Assembly (NCBI GenBank): GCA_016748015.1 | Contig: JAAOMT010000295.1 | Span: forward strand, 868,001 to 932,000 | DNA from: Geosiphon pyriformis uo1 | Lineage: Eukaryota > Fungi > Glomeromycota | Length of the DNA stretch: 64,000 nt | Direction of reading: 5' to 3' | Shown here: piece by piece, positions 45,047 through 59,613 of the stretch | Layout of the letters: each line of letters starts with the position of its first letter | Position numbering within the stretch: the first letter of the stretch is position 1 | Program-made: the position numbers and the translations under genes | The notes under the pieces: model-generated | Databases searched by the model: none | What the model was told of the DNA's origin: nothing | Seen by the model: the letters and a program-made list of their open reading frames with translations, nothing else

Positions 45047-48000
45047 TTGGTAGTCCATTTGTATTCCACGTTTTTGGTGGTGAGCTGGTTGAGGGGTTTT
45101 GCAATTTCCGAGAATCTTTTGATAAACTTCCGATAGTAGGATGCTAATCCTATGAATCCTCTTAGTTCTGTAGTATTTCGTAAAACTTTGAAGTTCTTAA
45201 CAGCACTGATTTTTCTTGGATCTGGTTTAACTTCTTCTTCACTAACTATGTGACCAAGAAAGGCCAAACTTGTTTTTCCAAAATGCCATTTTTCAATGTT
45301 TAGTTTTAATCCTGCTCTATGTAATCATTAAAAAACTTCTCGCAGGTGAATTAAATGAAGTCTAAAAGATGGGGAATAAACATCAGTGTTATCAAGATAG
45401 ACAACTACTGATTTCCGAAGGAGTCCAGCATATACAACATCCATGAGTCTTTGGAATGTTGCTGGCGCATTGCATAATCCAAAGGGCATTACATTAAATT
45501 CGTAGTTTCCTTCTTGTGTTGTGAATGCTGTTTTGGGGTGGTTCTTGGGATCCATGGCAACTTGCCAGTATCTGCTTTCTAGATCTAATGTTGAAAAGTA
45601 TTTAGATTTTCCAAGGGCATCTAACATGTCATTGATTCATGGAAGAGGATAAGCATCCCCAATAGTGACACTGTTGAGTTGTTGATAATCAACACAAAAT
45701 CGTATCTTTCTATTCTTCTTTTTAACTAGGACTACTGGTGAGGCCCATAGACTCATTGATGGTTAGATAAGCCCATTGTTAAGCATTCGTTGTATTTTTC
45801 TCGGATAAATTGGTGGCTTTCTGGAACAACTCGATATGTTTGTTGTCTTCTTGGTTTGGCATCTCCTGTATAAATTTGGTGTTGGACCAGATTGGTTCTT
45901 TCTAAGTCATTGTTGTTTTTAGCAAAGATATCAGCAAATTCTGTAATTAGTTCTTTGAGCTGGGTCTGTTGTTGTGGTTCAAGTTGTTCATATTGATTCG
46001 AGATGGTTTTTCCATGACAACATGGTAGTTTTTGGAGTTGGGGTTTGGATTGATTTTTGGTAGTAAATGTTCAATAATTTCAGAAAAATTGGGGACTGTT
46101 TGGGGTAATTCTTGTTGAAATATGTTACTGTGAATGATTCCAATTTTTAAGTTATTTAATAAAACTATGAGATAATTGTTGGGATTGTAAAAAGTAACTC
46201 AGACTTTCTTTGTTTCTTCTGGAATATAAATGTTTGGGATCGAGATATTATGTTTCAAGCAAATTTGTTCATTTGATTCAAAAATTTGTTGTGTGGTTGT
46301 TGGCTTTTCACAAATGTAAATTTCAGGGTGTTTTTCGAAGTGTGAAATGGTAATTGGTTGTGGAAGTTGTAAAATCTGGTGAGATTCTTTCTGTTCATTG
46401 AGAGCTATGTTTACTGGAACTGTGAAATGTCCAGTTGAACCAAAACCTTGTGTTCCTCTTTCGCTTTTTTCCAACTGTTCTCTTTGATTAACTAATTGTA
46501 AACCTGAAATGTTGATTAAGGGTAGATAGATAGCTTGAGCAATTTTTTCAGCATATCCAATTTTGAAAGATTTATTAGTTTTATTTTGTAACATGACTGT
46601 GATGTCTCCTGTGTATCCAGCATCGATGATTCCTTCTCTAACATTGATTTTTTTGCTTGCCAAGGATGATCGAGAAGCAATTTGAACCATTGCTCTTGGT
46701 GGGATTTTGAGGGCAATTTTGAGGTTGATTTTTGTGAAAGATTTGGGTTTGAGAGTAAGAGTATCTTTTCCTGGATATCTTAGATCATATCCAGCATCAA
46801 TCTCATGGGCTTTTTCTGGTTTTATTTCTTGTCCATTGTTGTTGAAATATTTGAGTTGTAAAGCAGGCTAATTTTCAATGAAATAGATGGGTGTTGTCTC
46901 AATTTCTTTTGTCGCTTCAAGTTCTCCAAATTCAATTTCGTATTCATCATTTTTGCTGGGCAAGAGAATGCTAAAAGCGTAGTATTCAGAATACCACTGT
47001 TTATCACAAGGCATAATACATTCTTCACATAGTCTAATATTTATTTGCTCTAATCATTGAATTTGAGCTTCTTAGGTTGGGTAGATGTGACTTGCAATTT
47101 GGTAGTAGACTTCTACTTTGTCTTCGTAATTGAATTCAGCTAATTCCATAATGTATTCAATGTATTCTGCTTCTTTCATTTGGCGAACATCTTCTTTGGT
47201 AGCTCCATTAATTAATGCCATTGCTAGGTCAAAAATTATTTTGGCATCATAGGGGTAGTGATAAAGTTTGTTGAAAGCACTGTTGTATGCTGCATTAAAG
47301 GGTGTTCCTCTTTTTACTTTTTCTGAAATTGATAAAGCATATTGGCAGGTCTGATCACAGACTTCTCCTCTCATGGCTACATTAATCCAATTGTATTCTT
47401 CCGGTAGCATATCTCTACAAGTCAAACAAGGGGTGTTGTTCCATTTTCTGCTCCTTTTTATTAGATGGCCCCATCGTTCTTTGTGGCAAGCCTTGCAGTA
47501 ATAACAAATATGATTTTCATATTCTTCTTCGGGTGAAATGCAGGCTTCCATTGATGATAGTTTCTTGTGGCAGTCCTTATATTTAAGGGAATATAGGGGC
47601 ATTGTTTCCTTGGTTTGGGTTTTGAGTAAGGGATATTCCATCCAGAGGTTTCGAGTTTAGAGTGTGGGGTAAAATGTTCTTGTTCTGTTTCATCGGCCCA
47701 GTTGGACATTGATCCAAGAGCCATGAATGTTTCAATGAGGGGTTTTTCCTCTTCCGGTTCGAATTCAAAAGCTGGGGCTTTTTCAGAGCATTTGTTGAAT
47801 GTATCACAAATGGCAGGTACCTGGGTGTGTTGTCCTTGATAGGAGATTGTTAACTCTTGTGTTTCCCAATTCAGATTAGCATTGGCTTTTTGAAGCCAAT
47901 CATTTCCAATGAGAGCTTGATATTGGGGTGCGTCCATTACAAGAACTTTGACTGGAATGGTGATTCCATCAAGAGTGAATGGAAAATTGTCAATTTCTCT

Positions 48001-50195
48001 TACTGGAGTCTTTTTCATGCCATCGGCAGTGACAATTACTGTTTGAGCTGGTTGGTTGACATTTCTTTTCAACTGTTGCATTAACTGGTAGGTGATAATG
48101 CTTCCGGTGGATCTACTGTCTAGGATCAAGCAAATTGTCTTTCCTTTGACTTTGGCTTCAGTGTACATGGCCATGATTGCTTTTTGTTCATTGGCAGCTG
48201 CATTGCTAAGCAGAAATGGTGACTTATTTGCTTCGAACTCAAAAGAGAATATATCTGAAAGATTAGCATTTTCAGCAATTCTGGCTGGTGGAATTGTGGT
48301 AGAAGTATAGAAAGAGTTTTGTTGTTGTGCTGCAGCTCTACCTTCCAAGAGTGCAGTATGGTAAAAATCCTGTTCTTCTGGCATTGTTAAATAACTGGGT
48401 TGAGTGTGGTAGTGGTTGGATCTTGGTTGAATGGTATTTCAGGGAACCAATTAGTTGTTCAAACTGATTCTATTGTTGTTTGCTTGGTATTGGTTTTGTG
48501 GTGTGAATTGATTTTATGTAAGCAGTCTTCGAGCAGGTACTTGACAATGTTGTGTGAGTGGTTGTTGGTATTGCTGTGGGATTGGCTGTGGGGCGGGCTA
48601 ATGATAGTTATTTTGGTATTGGGGTCTTGGTGGATAGTAAGCTAATGGTGGCAGTTGATAATAAGATTGCTGTGGTGAAGGGTAATGTTGATTACTCCTA
48701 TTTGTTGGTCTCGTTGTAGCTTTCTGCAATCTTTTTTCCAGTGGCCAGAAATTCCACAGTAATGGCAATTCTGAGGCTGGTTATTGGAAAGTGGTGCAAA
48801 GTTATTTTGATTTCGTCTTTGGGGTGGTTGATATCTTTGGGGTTGTTGTTGTTGTTGATTGGTGAAATAGTTTTCAATCTTCTTTGTGAGTTGGTCAATT
48901 TTTTCCTCGGCTGCTGAGCTGGTTTCTTCAATTGCCAAATTTACAAGTTTTGTGTGGTTGGCCTCTTTCATGGCCATTTTGTATCTTTTCGCATGCTGTA
49001 TGGCAGAGTTTAAATCTTCTGGCACATGTAAGCAAACCTTTTTAATTAGTTTATCTTTTAGACCAGTGATAAATTGATCCAAGATTTGAGCATCGGAATA
49101 ATAATTGTTTGTCTCGAGTTGGCAAATTTGTCTGAGAAGTTTGTTGAATTTCCCAATATAAGTCATAATGGATTCGAAGGGTTCTTGTTTGATATTTCGA
49201 AAATGATTGCGAAGAGTGATGGAGGTGTTATTGTCAGTGAACTGTTCAAGGAAGGCTGCTTTGAAAGCATTCCAATCATTGAATGGGGTGGCCAAGTTTT
49301 CAAACCATTCTCCTGCTGTTTCTTTGAAAAAGTAGGGAATTGTTCTTAACATTCTGGCAGCATTCCATTCATTTGCATCTCCAGCTTTAATAACTTGGTT
49401 GAGCCATTCTTGGGGACTGGTCTCAATATCTTCTCCATTGAATTCAGGGATTTTTGTGATGTATGTTGTCATTTTGTCTTCTTCCTTTTCACTGTTTATT
49501 GATTCTTTTTCAGTTATTTCAGAGTTGTTTTCTTCATTTGCTGCTGTCTCAGAGTGTTCACTTTGATTTTCAGCTAGAAAATCAAGGAGATTGGAACTAG
49601 TTTGAAGGAGTTCTTGTTGTCTGGTGGAACTTTTGAGTGATGTAAAATCTTCTGGTCTTGCAAATCAATTTAAGGGTGAATTAGGTGTTTGTGCTTGTGC
49701 AAGTAAAGCTGGAAAAGATGTGATAGTAAGTGAAAGTTTTGAACTGATTCTTTGTTCAGGTGTTTGTAAATGTTTGAATGATATTTTGGGAGTATTGGGT
49801 GTTGTGTGAACAGGTTGGTTATCTCTTTGTCTTTTGTTGCTATTGGTTTCAAGTTCAGATTTGAGTTCAAAGACAAATTGTGTATTTGCAGAATATTTTT
49901 TTTCACAAAATCAAATAATATTATAATTGAGTTCCTCAAAATAAGTAGCATAAGCTTCAGCACTAATGTTTTCTGATTCAGTGTTGGAATAGTGTAGTAT
50001 GTTCTCAAAAAGATTTCTTTTAACTGTTGTAATGTTATAGTTTCCAAAGAGGTAATCGTTGATTCAATTTTCGATGTATTAAAAAAGTGTTTTCTTGAAA
50101 GCTATGATTCTATCGCATATTTCAAATTGTTGTTTGCAGTGTGTGTAAATTGATTGATAGTACTCTAAGATTGTGATGTCTGAGGCAGTCGCCAC
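45047..50195 (-). pseudogene. A1 Gag-PR-(Cys-rich)-dUTPase-RT
   Basis: ORFs 48642-49472, 47461-48384, 47072-47641, 46199-46690, 45328-45627 and 44989-45267 are colinear with A2. Confidence 0.9.
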
Positions 50196-51866
50196 TTTGA
50201 ATTTGTTGTTGCTGTGTTATTTCTGTGGGAAAGCACCAAATGTTACTGAAGGTTTTTGGTCTCTTTTCTTAAATGTTGTTGATGCTTGTTTGCTGTGAAT
50301 TCACGTTTTCTGGATGTGGTTGAACCTCCAGTAACTGAATTTATCTTGAAATTATCTTCTATAATTTGAACTGCTGGGCTTATGAGTGGAATGGCCAATT
50401 CCATGCCAGTTACTTTATGTAGTTATGTTGTAGTAAATGTCAACTCTTTTTCAGGAATTGCTCATTTGGAAGCTCACTAAAATGTGTAGTTACTTTGCTG
50501 TGAAAGTCAACTCTTCTACAGAAATCTCATCTGTAGGCTACTCTAATGATTATGATAATAAAAGAAAAGAAAATAAAAGAAAAGGAAAGAAAAAAAAGAA
50601 ATGAGGAATTGATTTGTTAAAGTCGTTTTGAATTCAGACCTGGAAGTGTTTTAACAGTCTACTGAAATTGGTAGCTAATTAATTTCAAACTGTTAGTTGT
50701 GTTTTTGAGGATTTTCCAAGTGCAATAATTTAAAGAATTTGGTTTTTCGAATTATTTGATATTTATTTCTTTTTGTGTGTATAAGAATGGTTCTAAGTGA
50801 TAAATCTAAAGTAAGATACATTTTCTCAAAGAGAGAAGCTCTTTTTTTATACAACTTGTCATAACACTATTCTATGAACTTGAACTTTGCTATTTTGTAC
50901 AATTTCGCTGAACTAAAGATACATTTCGGCAAACTACAAGTTATTTCTGCGAACTATTAGATATTTCAGTGAACTATCAATTATTTCGGCAAATTTTTAT
51001 AAATTTTGGCAAACTTTTAAATGTTACATAATTCAGGGTATTGCATGATTGATCATCGCAATTAGGTTACATTTGTGTTGTGTACAATTTGGGTTATTAA
51101 TTAAATGATAATTTCGGACATTTTTGCTAATATAATAAGTGATAATTTGAAACAATAATATGTGCTAATTAATAATAGGAATTATAAGATAGTTTTATGC
51201 TCAATAATATCTCTAATTTTGTCTGGTAACAACAGATAGCAAGGGAGAACAGAATTGTAGGGTGATGAAAATAATCAAAGGAAATTCAACTTCAAAGAGC
51301 AAATTGAATGAGTATAGATTCAATGTGTGAGATCAGTCTCATAAAATATCTCAGTTACTATACTTTTCAAAGATAACTGGGGAATCTGAAGGTAGAGGAA
51401 TAGTCCATACTGTCAACAAATAATCACACTTGGTATAATTCTATGCTTCATATTGGCACTCTTAGAATTCAATATCAAGTATTAGATATGCTCTTCAGTC
51501 ACATTTTATTCAATAATCTTCAAATGTTGCAATAACACTATTTTAGAAAAAGGGTAAGGAATAACCAACAAGTAATTTTTTATCTTTAAAATATTCAAAT
51601 ACTTGAAAGTAGGAAAAGGGAAATTAGCGATAAGAGAAGGATTGAGATAAAAGTTGTTATTTTATTTATTTAATTTTCTTGATTTCTTCATGTTTTTCTA
51701 CAGTTAAGAGATTTATCACTTATATAGTTATCAAAAGTGGTTAATGATCAGATCAATGACTAGGTCAATGATCAGGTCAACAGTCAGATCATTGATCAGG
51801 TCAATGATCACTTACTAAAATAGAATGGCTAATTTATATGACATCAATAGCTAATACATGTGATAA

Positions 51867-52523
51867 TTAATAAGAAGTATAAGTTTCAACTGTAACATCA
51901 TCCTCTCCAAAGAGATTGAGCTCTAGTAAAATTAAGCTATTTATGGTGTAATCTATTGAAAGGGTTTTATCTAACTCAAAGCTAACTAGTTTGTTGAAGT
52001 TTTTTGTCAATAAAGTATATAACACTTGAGGCAAAATGAGTTTAGTATCCAGGAGACCAAATCTTTGTATTAGAGTTTTGGTTCTTCTAGCAATAGTTAA
52101 AACTCTTAAGATATCTAACTGTATAATGCCCAAAATTTCTGCCTGTATCTCTAAAGTTGTTTTTTTCATAAGTTTTATATTCTTTATAATTTCACCAAGG
52201 CGACCATAGAGTTCTAATTGTCTTCCATATAACAAGTTTTTGTCTATGGGTAAGATTTCTTGAAGTGTTTTTCTAATTGTGTTGGAAGGTGGAAATATAG
52301 CTGCTGTTATACTTTTCAACAAATATTTATTCATTTTACTACCAATTTTTTCTCTTCTGGTAGTGGTTTTCTTTGATCTAATAACAGTATGAGTTCCACT
52401 GTTATCAGTTATGGTGGTTTGTTTTCCAATGATCAGAGTAGCATTTGGATAGTTTTTGATCCAATACTCATAAAGAGTATAGAAGGCATTTTAAATGTTT
52501 TGATCCAGAAAATAATTGTTCAT
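51867..52523 (-). pseudogene. B2 ORF3
   Basis: Homologous to B1 28796-29452 (RQLELYGRLGEII..VLTIARRTKTLIQRFG). Confidence 0.8.
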
Positions 52524-52564
52524 GTCGATTGAAGATACCTCTGTTTTGGGAATGGTGCATTTAT

Positions 52565-53878
52565 TTATACTTGATTTTTGCTGATCATTTGAGTCAGTAT
52601 TACCACAATAGGCAGCCAATCAGGTTGTTTATGATATTTTTTGAGTCATGTATCATAAACAAAATAATCATTGAAGATTGTTCTGGATTGATCTTGAAGA
52701 ATATAAGAACTATTATTCAAGACTTTGTTGACTATAAAGGGTCTTTTTTACCAGCTAAAGAATTTATCACCATAAACATTGTCTCTGTCAGAATGGTATT
52801 CTAGTACCAAGTTACCAATACTTAAAGAAAGTGTTTTATATGTTTTTTTTTTCTTAAGCTTTTCTTAGAACTGTTTTATCTTTTCAAAAGCAATTATTCA
52901 TGCTTCTATCAAGAAGTCAAGAATGGTATCAAGTCTTCTTTGCAAAATGTTTTTGTAATTTCCTATTGTGATCTCTTCAAAGGGTATTGTTTCAATATCA
53001 GTTTCTATTGGTAGTGTTGCCATGCATCCATAGAGCAGATAAAAAGGTTCATAACTTGTTATGTCATGATTCACAGTTCTATAAGCAAACAAAGCTAAAG
53101 GCAGTACTTTGTCCCATAAGTTTGTTTCTTTACTGGTTTTGGCTAGAGTTTTATATAATGTTTTATTGAAATGTTTCACTAGGCCATTTGTTTGAAGGTG
53201 ATAAGGAGAGGAAAGTTTATGATGTATTCCCATTTTCTTGCAAAGTTTTTTAATCAATGTACTGAGAAAAGCTCTTTCTCTATCAAATAAAAGTTCTTTG
53301 GAGCAGCCATGATGGCAGATGATATTTTTATAAATGAAATTGGCTATTGAGACTGCTGTTTGGTCTGGAGTGGCTTTTGCTTCTATCCACTTTGTAAGAT
53401 AGTCAGTAGCTATGATAATATATTTGTTACCATCAGAAGTAATTGTTAAAGGTCTAACAACATTTATACCAATTTTGTCAAATGATTGACCAACAGAGAT
53501 TGGATGGATATCTTCTTTGCAATTAGATTTGCCTCTTTTTTGGCAGATGTTACAGGTTTTGATGTATTCAACAATGTCTTTTCCCAAGGTAAGCCAATAA
53601 TAGCAAGCTAAAGTTTTCTGAATTGTCTTTGTTTTTTCAAAGTGTCCAGCTAATGGGTTAGTGTACATGTTGTATATTACAATTTCTCTTTCTTCAAATC
53701 TGATGACTCTCTGAGAACAGTTAGAATCTTTTCTGTTTCTTTTGTATAATTAGTTCTGGTGGATCAAATAAAAATTTGATTGTTTGTGCAAATGTTCTCT
53801 TTGCTGTCAAGTGTATTCAGGTGGGTATTGTCCTTTACCCAAAAATTCCATTAAGGTAGAGTAGTTGTCCAAGTCCAT
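52565..53878 (-). pseudogene. B2 integrase as a separate ORF
   Basis: ATG at 53878, 64 nt after the RNase H stop TGA (53943-53945). Includes ORF 52898-53668 and ends DWLPIVVILTQMISKNQV*. Confidence 0.88.
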
Positions 53879-53942
53879 TATCGTGTTTGTTTATGAAAGA
53901 GTTACTAATAATTAAGTTGGTTTGGTTTGAAAAGTTGTACTG

Positions 53943-56900
53943 TCACTGGATGGTAAGTCTAGATAGAGTGTTGACATTTTGATGATTTGCTCCTTTGTTG
54001 TGTTGAATATCATAGTTGAATTCATCCAAGTGAAGTATCCAGCAAGTTATTCGTTTGTGTTCCAGCTTCTTTTTCTTGTGCAGTCAAACCAAGGCTTGAT
54101 GATCTGTTACCACTAAGAATTTTGCACCAAGAAGATATTGATCCCAGTAGTTGGTAGCCCAAACTACTGCTAGACATTCTTGTTCAGTAACTGAATAGTT
54201 CTTTTCTGCTGGTGTGAGGGATCTACTGGCATATGCTATGGCATGTTCTCTGCCATTTTCATCTTTCTGTGAAAGAACAACACCAAGTCTATAGCCAGAT
54301 ATATCAGTGTAGAGGATAAAAAGTTGGTCCAGATTAGGTTGTTTGAGAATTGGTTTGGTAACAAGTTTTTCTTTTAAAATTTCAAAAGCTTTTTGTTGAT
54401 GAGTGCCCCAGTGATAATTGACATTTTTTTTGAATAGCTGATTGAGAAAAAAGGCAATTTTGGAGAAATTCTTGATAAATTTGCAATAGTAAGAGGCCAA
54501 ACCAAGGAAAGAGTGTAGTTTAGGAACATTTATTGGTTGTCTAATGTTTTGAACTTTTTCAACTTTAGCTGAGTCAGAAAAAATTCCATCTTTTATAACA
54601 AGATGACCAAGAAATTGGGTGGATTGGCGTCTAAAAAAAGATTTAATTGAGTTGATCTTAAGGCCAGCATTTCTAAACAGGTTAAAAACCTTCAAGATAT
54701 TCATCCCAGGTTTTTGAATATATCATTATGTCATTTAAGTAAACCAGAACAAAGTTTTTTTTTACTGATTTAAATACTTTATCCATTAGGGTTAAAAGGT
54801 GAGAGGAGTATTAGTGAAACCAAAAAGCATAACTGTGAATTCATAGGTGTCATACTTGGTGATAAAAGCAGTTTTTTTTCTGCTTTCTGGATCTATCTCT
54901 ACTTGCCAGAATTCAGCAGTTAAATCAATGGTTGAGAAGAAAGCAGCACCATTGAATTTATCTAGCATTGCATCAATTTTGGGAAGTGGATACATGTCTC
55001 TTATAGTAATGGCATTTAATTGGTAGTAGTTAACACAGAAGCATAGGGTTCCACCTTTCTTGGATATCACTACAATTAGAAAAGCCCATTCACTCTTGGT
55101 TTTTTGTATGAATTCAAAATTTTTTATCCAGTTTATCTCTTTCTTGATAAACTTATTATTGCGTTGATTAGATTGATAAGACTTCAAATGGATAGAACAA
55201 GTTTCTTTGGTGGTGATAGTGTGTTGTATCACATGGGTTCATTTAGGGGTGTCATCTTCTTTTGAGATAACTAGGCTATTTCTAGCCAACAAATTTTCAA
55301 TGTTCATTTTTCTTTCTTCAAGAGAAGGTTCTTTTTGTTCTACAACTAGTGATTGAATTTCAGGTGGTTCATTCTCAAAGAAATTTTGTACTTCTTTAAA
55401 TTTTTCTCGAGGTATCAAGCTAATTGGTTTCCAATCTTTGTAATAGATTAGGCAGGATTTGCATTTATCACTTGGTAAATACAAAGATTTATTACACTAG
55501 TACTGTGCACAAGGGCCATGTCACCAATAACTGTATTTTGCTTTCTTGCTAGATTTTTTGTCAAAGATTCTTCTGAGGATATCATAGTAGGGCCAGCAGA
55601 TCAGCTTGCCATTTACCATGATTCCTTCTTTGTTAGCTTTAACATTGTCCAGTGGCTTGCCATTGCTGGTGAAAATGGTATAAGTGAGTTCAGCAGTTTT
55701 TTTTGGTTCTTCTTAATTTTTTTTATCATCACTCTCATCATTATCTGATTCATCTGATTGTTCTTCTTCTTGGTTCTGTTTGGGTACTGGAGGAGTTGTC
55801 CAATGTCAGTATTTAACTACAATGGGTTTCTCATTACATCTAATAGTTAGCTTACAAAGCTCATAGTTGAGTAGCACTTTAGCTTTTTTAAGCCACTCAT
55901 TGCCAACAATTATGGTGTACTCTTTTACTTTAGATACTTCCATATCAGTTTCAATGCTGATACCATTAATGTGGACAGGAATAGCTTTGGCTATGCCCAG
56001 GCCTTTTTTCTTGTCACTATGTATATTGGTCATTGGTTTTGTAGATGGTTCATCAATTTTTTACCAATTGCTTTTAAAAAGTGTTTGGCAATGACACTAA
56101 CAGATAATCCACTGTCCAGGATCAGATCAATGAAATAACCAGCCACTTGGGCTTTACAAATAAGAAGAGTAACATTATTGTTGTCAGCAAGTCCAGCTTG
56201 ACATGAGTGCTTATTGGTCTTTGGTGTCTTTTTCTTTGGTATCAATGATTTGCAAAGGTCTTTTCTGAACTGTAGATGGGTCATCAGTTGGCCAAATGTA
56301 ATGTGTGCTGGGGTTTTCATGAAATCTTTAACAACAGAATAGGGTCCAGATTTTTGTACAATTTTTGGGGGTTTCAATTTTGGTGGATTTTTAAAAACCT
56401 TAGCCTTTGGTAACTTATTGTTATCAGCAGATAATTTGGATGCTTTGTTTGGGTTCAAAACAAAATCAACCTTGGCTTTCTTCTTCTTTCTGGTTGATTC
56501 AGAGGTGTTGATTGCTAATTCATCTATATTATGATCATCATCAGTTAGATTAAAAGCATAAAAAAGGTTTTTTTCTGGTTGGTTTGCACTCTCACTCTTT
56601 GGAGGTGTGTCTACCAGTTTAAAGACTGATAAACAGTGGCTTCAACTAAGGGATTCTCTCCAAAAAAATTGATGTTGACATGATTGGGTCTTTAATTGGG
56701 AACATTATTATTGTTGGGTTTGTTATTCTGGATGTCATTATTTCTGGGAGCTGGAGGAGGCAATGGAGGATTGTTGCAGTCTTTAGAAAAGTGTTCAGTT
56801 AGTTCACAGTGATAGCACACAGGTGGGCCACAATTTTTTTGTCTTTGATATGGTAGTTGTTGGGACTAATTAAAATGGAGTTCAAATTTGGGTCTTTGGG

Positions 56901-58164
56901 GTTGCTGGTTGTCTCTGACTGCTTGGGCTAATGGTTCTAATAGCCAGACAAAATTAGCTGTAAATCTATCTATTAACTGTTCATTTGGGTCTTGAATTTG
57001 GGCAACAAAAAAGATAGCAGCCATTTGGGGAGCAGGAGTTATAACAGGAGCAGAAACAAAAACTAGAAGTGTGGATCCTAAGTGCATCTTTTGATTGTCT
57101 TCTATTCTCTGAGCAAGTTCAATGGCCATGTTCATTGTGAGATTATCTTTCAAGGCCAAGAGAGGCCAAAAAGCATATAATAGATCAGTTCTCAGTTTTT
57201 TTGTAAAAGAATGTATTTTTTGCTCTTCTGTTCAATTTCTTCCAAAGTCTACCCATTTAATGAGTTTTCTTATTGCTTTGGCATATTTTGTTACAACCTC
57301 ACCAGGGTCTTGAGTTCTTCTTTCTAATTCCATACACCATTTTGAGATTAAGATGGAAGTTCTAAATTTAGTTTCAAACCGGATAGTGATAGAGGTGTTG
57401 TCTTCTCCAGCATTTGCTGGTGCCCATCTAATAATTTTTTGCTGAGCATTGGCATTGGTTTCTTGTGAAAACCAAGTAGCAGAAGAGCTTTGAAGGTAGC
57501 CACTAACAATTTGGAACTTGTATTCATTATCATATTGGTTTGCTGTAGCAGCTCTCTCAAAATTATCCAGCTATTTGATTGGATCTTGGGCATCACCTCT
57601 GAATAATGATAATAAGGTGTTGTTTCTTTGCCCTAAAACAGTCTGTATACCTTGGAGGGCAATCAGAATGTTTTGTTGCAGAGGGTTTTGAGCCATTGAT
57701 TCAGGTGTAACTGTTTGTGTGAAGTGTTCTGATTTACTTGAAAAGAAATCAAAAACAGGAGCAGTTTGATAGCTTTCTTTTTCTGTTTCAAAAGGAGTTT
57801 CTGTTGATTGATAGACAGCAATCCAAATATAAATTTGATGATTCAGATATTTGAGATTAAGGGGCTGTTGTTTAAAGGTTGTAGAATATAAGAGCTGATT
57901 AATACTGTTGTTTCTTTCTTCAAAGTCGTCTTTAAAATAAGCTTGGTCAAAGTAATAGGTTGTATAAGTTGTGTAAGTTTTAGCTGAATGCTCATTCAGG
58001 AACCAGTTCCAAAAGTTTTAGAATTGTCTGCTGGATTGTTTTTCAATGGGAAAGCAAATCAAGCAGGAAGGCAAAGGATTAAGTTCAATAAAGTCTAAAT
58101 TGTTTTTGTTGTGTGCTTTAAAGTGTTCTTTTGATTGTTGTGGCAGATATAAATAATCACCCAT
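53943..58164 (-). pseudogene. B2 Gag (58164-56611) and -1 frameshifted PR-RT-RNase H
   Basis: Colinear with B1. LILDSGLSVSVI; RT ORF 54792-55232 and RT/RH ORF 54084-54704; ends LSRLTIQ*. Confidence 0.88.
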
Positions 58165-58923
58165 ACAAATAGGAAACAAAGTGAATTTTGACAACCTCAC
58201 AGGGAGCACCACTTTTATGTTATGGGTTGGAATAATAAGCTAATGGATAGCAAGGGAGAACAAGATTATAGAGTGATAAAAATAATCAAAGGGAATTCAA
58301 CTTCAAAGAGTGAATTAAATGAGTATGGATTCAATGTGTAAGATCAGTTTCATAAAATATTTCAGTCGCTATACTTTTCAAAGATAACCAGAGAATTTGA
58401 AGATAGAGAGATAGTCCATACTGTCAACAAATGATCACACTTGGTATAATTCTATGTCTCATGTTGGCACTCTTAGAATTCAATATCAAGTATCAGATGT
58501 GCTCTTCAGTCACATTTTATTCAATAATTTCGAAATGTTGCAATTACACATTTTCAGAAAAAGGGTAAAGAATAACCAACAAGTAATTTTTTATCTTTAA
58601 GATGTCCAGATACTTGAAAGTAGGGAAAGAAAAATTAGCAATAAGAGAAGAATTGAGATGAAAGTTGTTATTTTATTTATTTGATTTCCTTAATTTCTTC
58701 ATGTTTTTCTACAGTTAAGAGATTTATTGCTTATATAGTTATCAAAAATAGTCAATAATCAGGTCAACAACTAGGTCAATAATCAGGTCAACCGTTAAGT
58801 CATTGATCAGGTCAATGATCACTTACTAAAATAGATTGGTTAATTTATATGACATCAATACTAATATATGTGATAATTAATAAGAAGTATAAGTTTCAAC
58901 TGTAACAATATTATTTTCTTCTT

Positions 58924-59589
58924 TTAATATTGAGCTTTATCAAAAACTTTATTTTGAATTAAGTCTAATACTTTTTTTTCTAATACTGTTTGTTTAACTT
59001 TGTTTCTTATATCTTTGATTTGCATCTTGTTTATTCTTCCCCATTGGTTAATGGTGATTGTTTCCATGTTGAAGTGTAACAATATTTCTAGGTAATTTTG
59101 AAATATCATGTGTAGTCAATAGATTGTTCTAATTTGCAATGTTAGATTTGTCTTCTTTCCAATAATATTTTCAATATTCTGTATTATTTCTTAATTGAAT
59201 ATTCTTTTGGCTTTATCAAAATATAATTTCAGAATGTTCAATTTTTGTCCCAACTGATAATAGCAGTATGATATTGGAAGTTGTTCTGTTCATTGTTTTC
59301 AATTATCTTTTGAAAGTTCTTCTGTTAGAACTATGATGAGTATTTTCTTAAAAGTGTTCTTTATTTTCTCTACTATTTTATCTGACCAGTTTCTTGATTG
59401 TTTTTGTGATTGCTGGTATGGTGTACTTTTTTCTTTTTGTTTGGTGTTTTGATAACAGATTGTTTGGTCGTTAATAACAATTTTTATGTTTAATTACTAT
59501 TGACTTAAGGCCTAAAACAATTGTTGAGCCAAGATGTAAATATGATCTGGTATTTCTATTTTTTTTGTTGTTTTTGTTCCATATACCAT
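58924..59589 (-). pseudogene. C ORF3, decayed
   Basis: ATG at 59589 just after the IN stop. Contains YCYYQLGQKL and LHMIFQNYLEIL..ITINQWGRINK, in the same position and of similar size to ORF3 of A and B. Confidence 0.6.
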
Positions 59590-59613
59590 GTCTTTATATA
59601 CTCTTTTGGTTGT

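Larger units (their letters stand above)
31520..51231 (-). mobile_element. A1: full-length family A element; LTRs 50241-51231 and 31520-32511; split by A2
   Basis: TSD ACAG at 31516-31519 and 51232-51235, PBS tggtgctttccc starting at 50238 (-), PPT gagaaggaggtta before 32511. Confidence 0.93.
31491..58907 (-). mobile_element. B2: full-length family B element; 5' LTR 58218-58907, 3' LTR 51236-51897 + 31491-31519 (split by A1)
   Basis: TSD ATAT at 31487-31490 and 58908-58911, PBS 58195-58211, colinear with B1. Confidence 0.93.
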
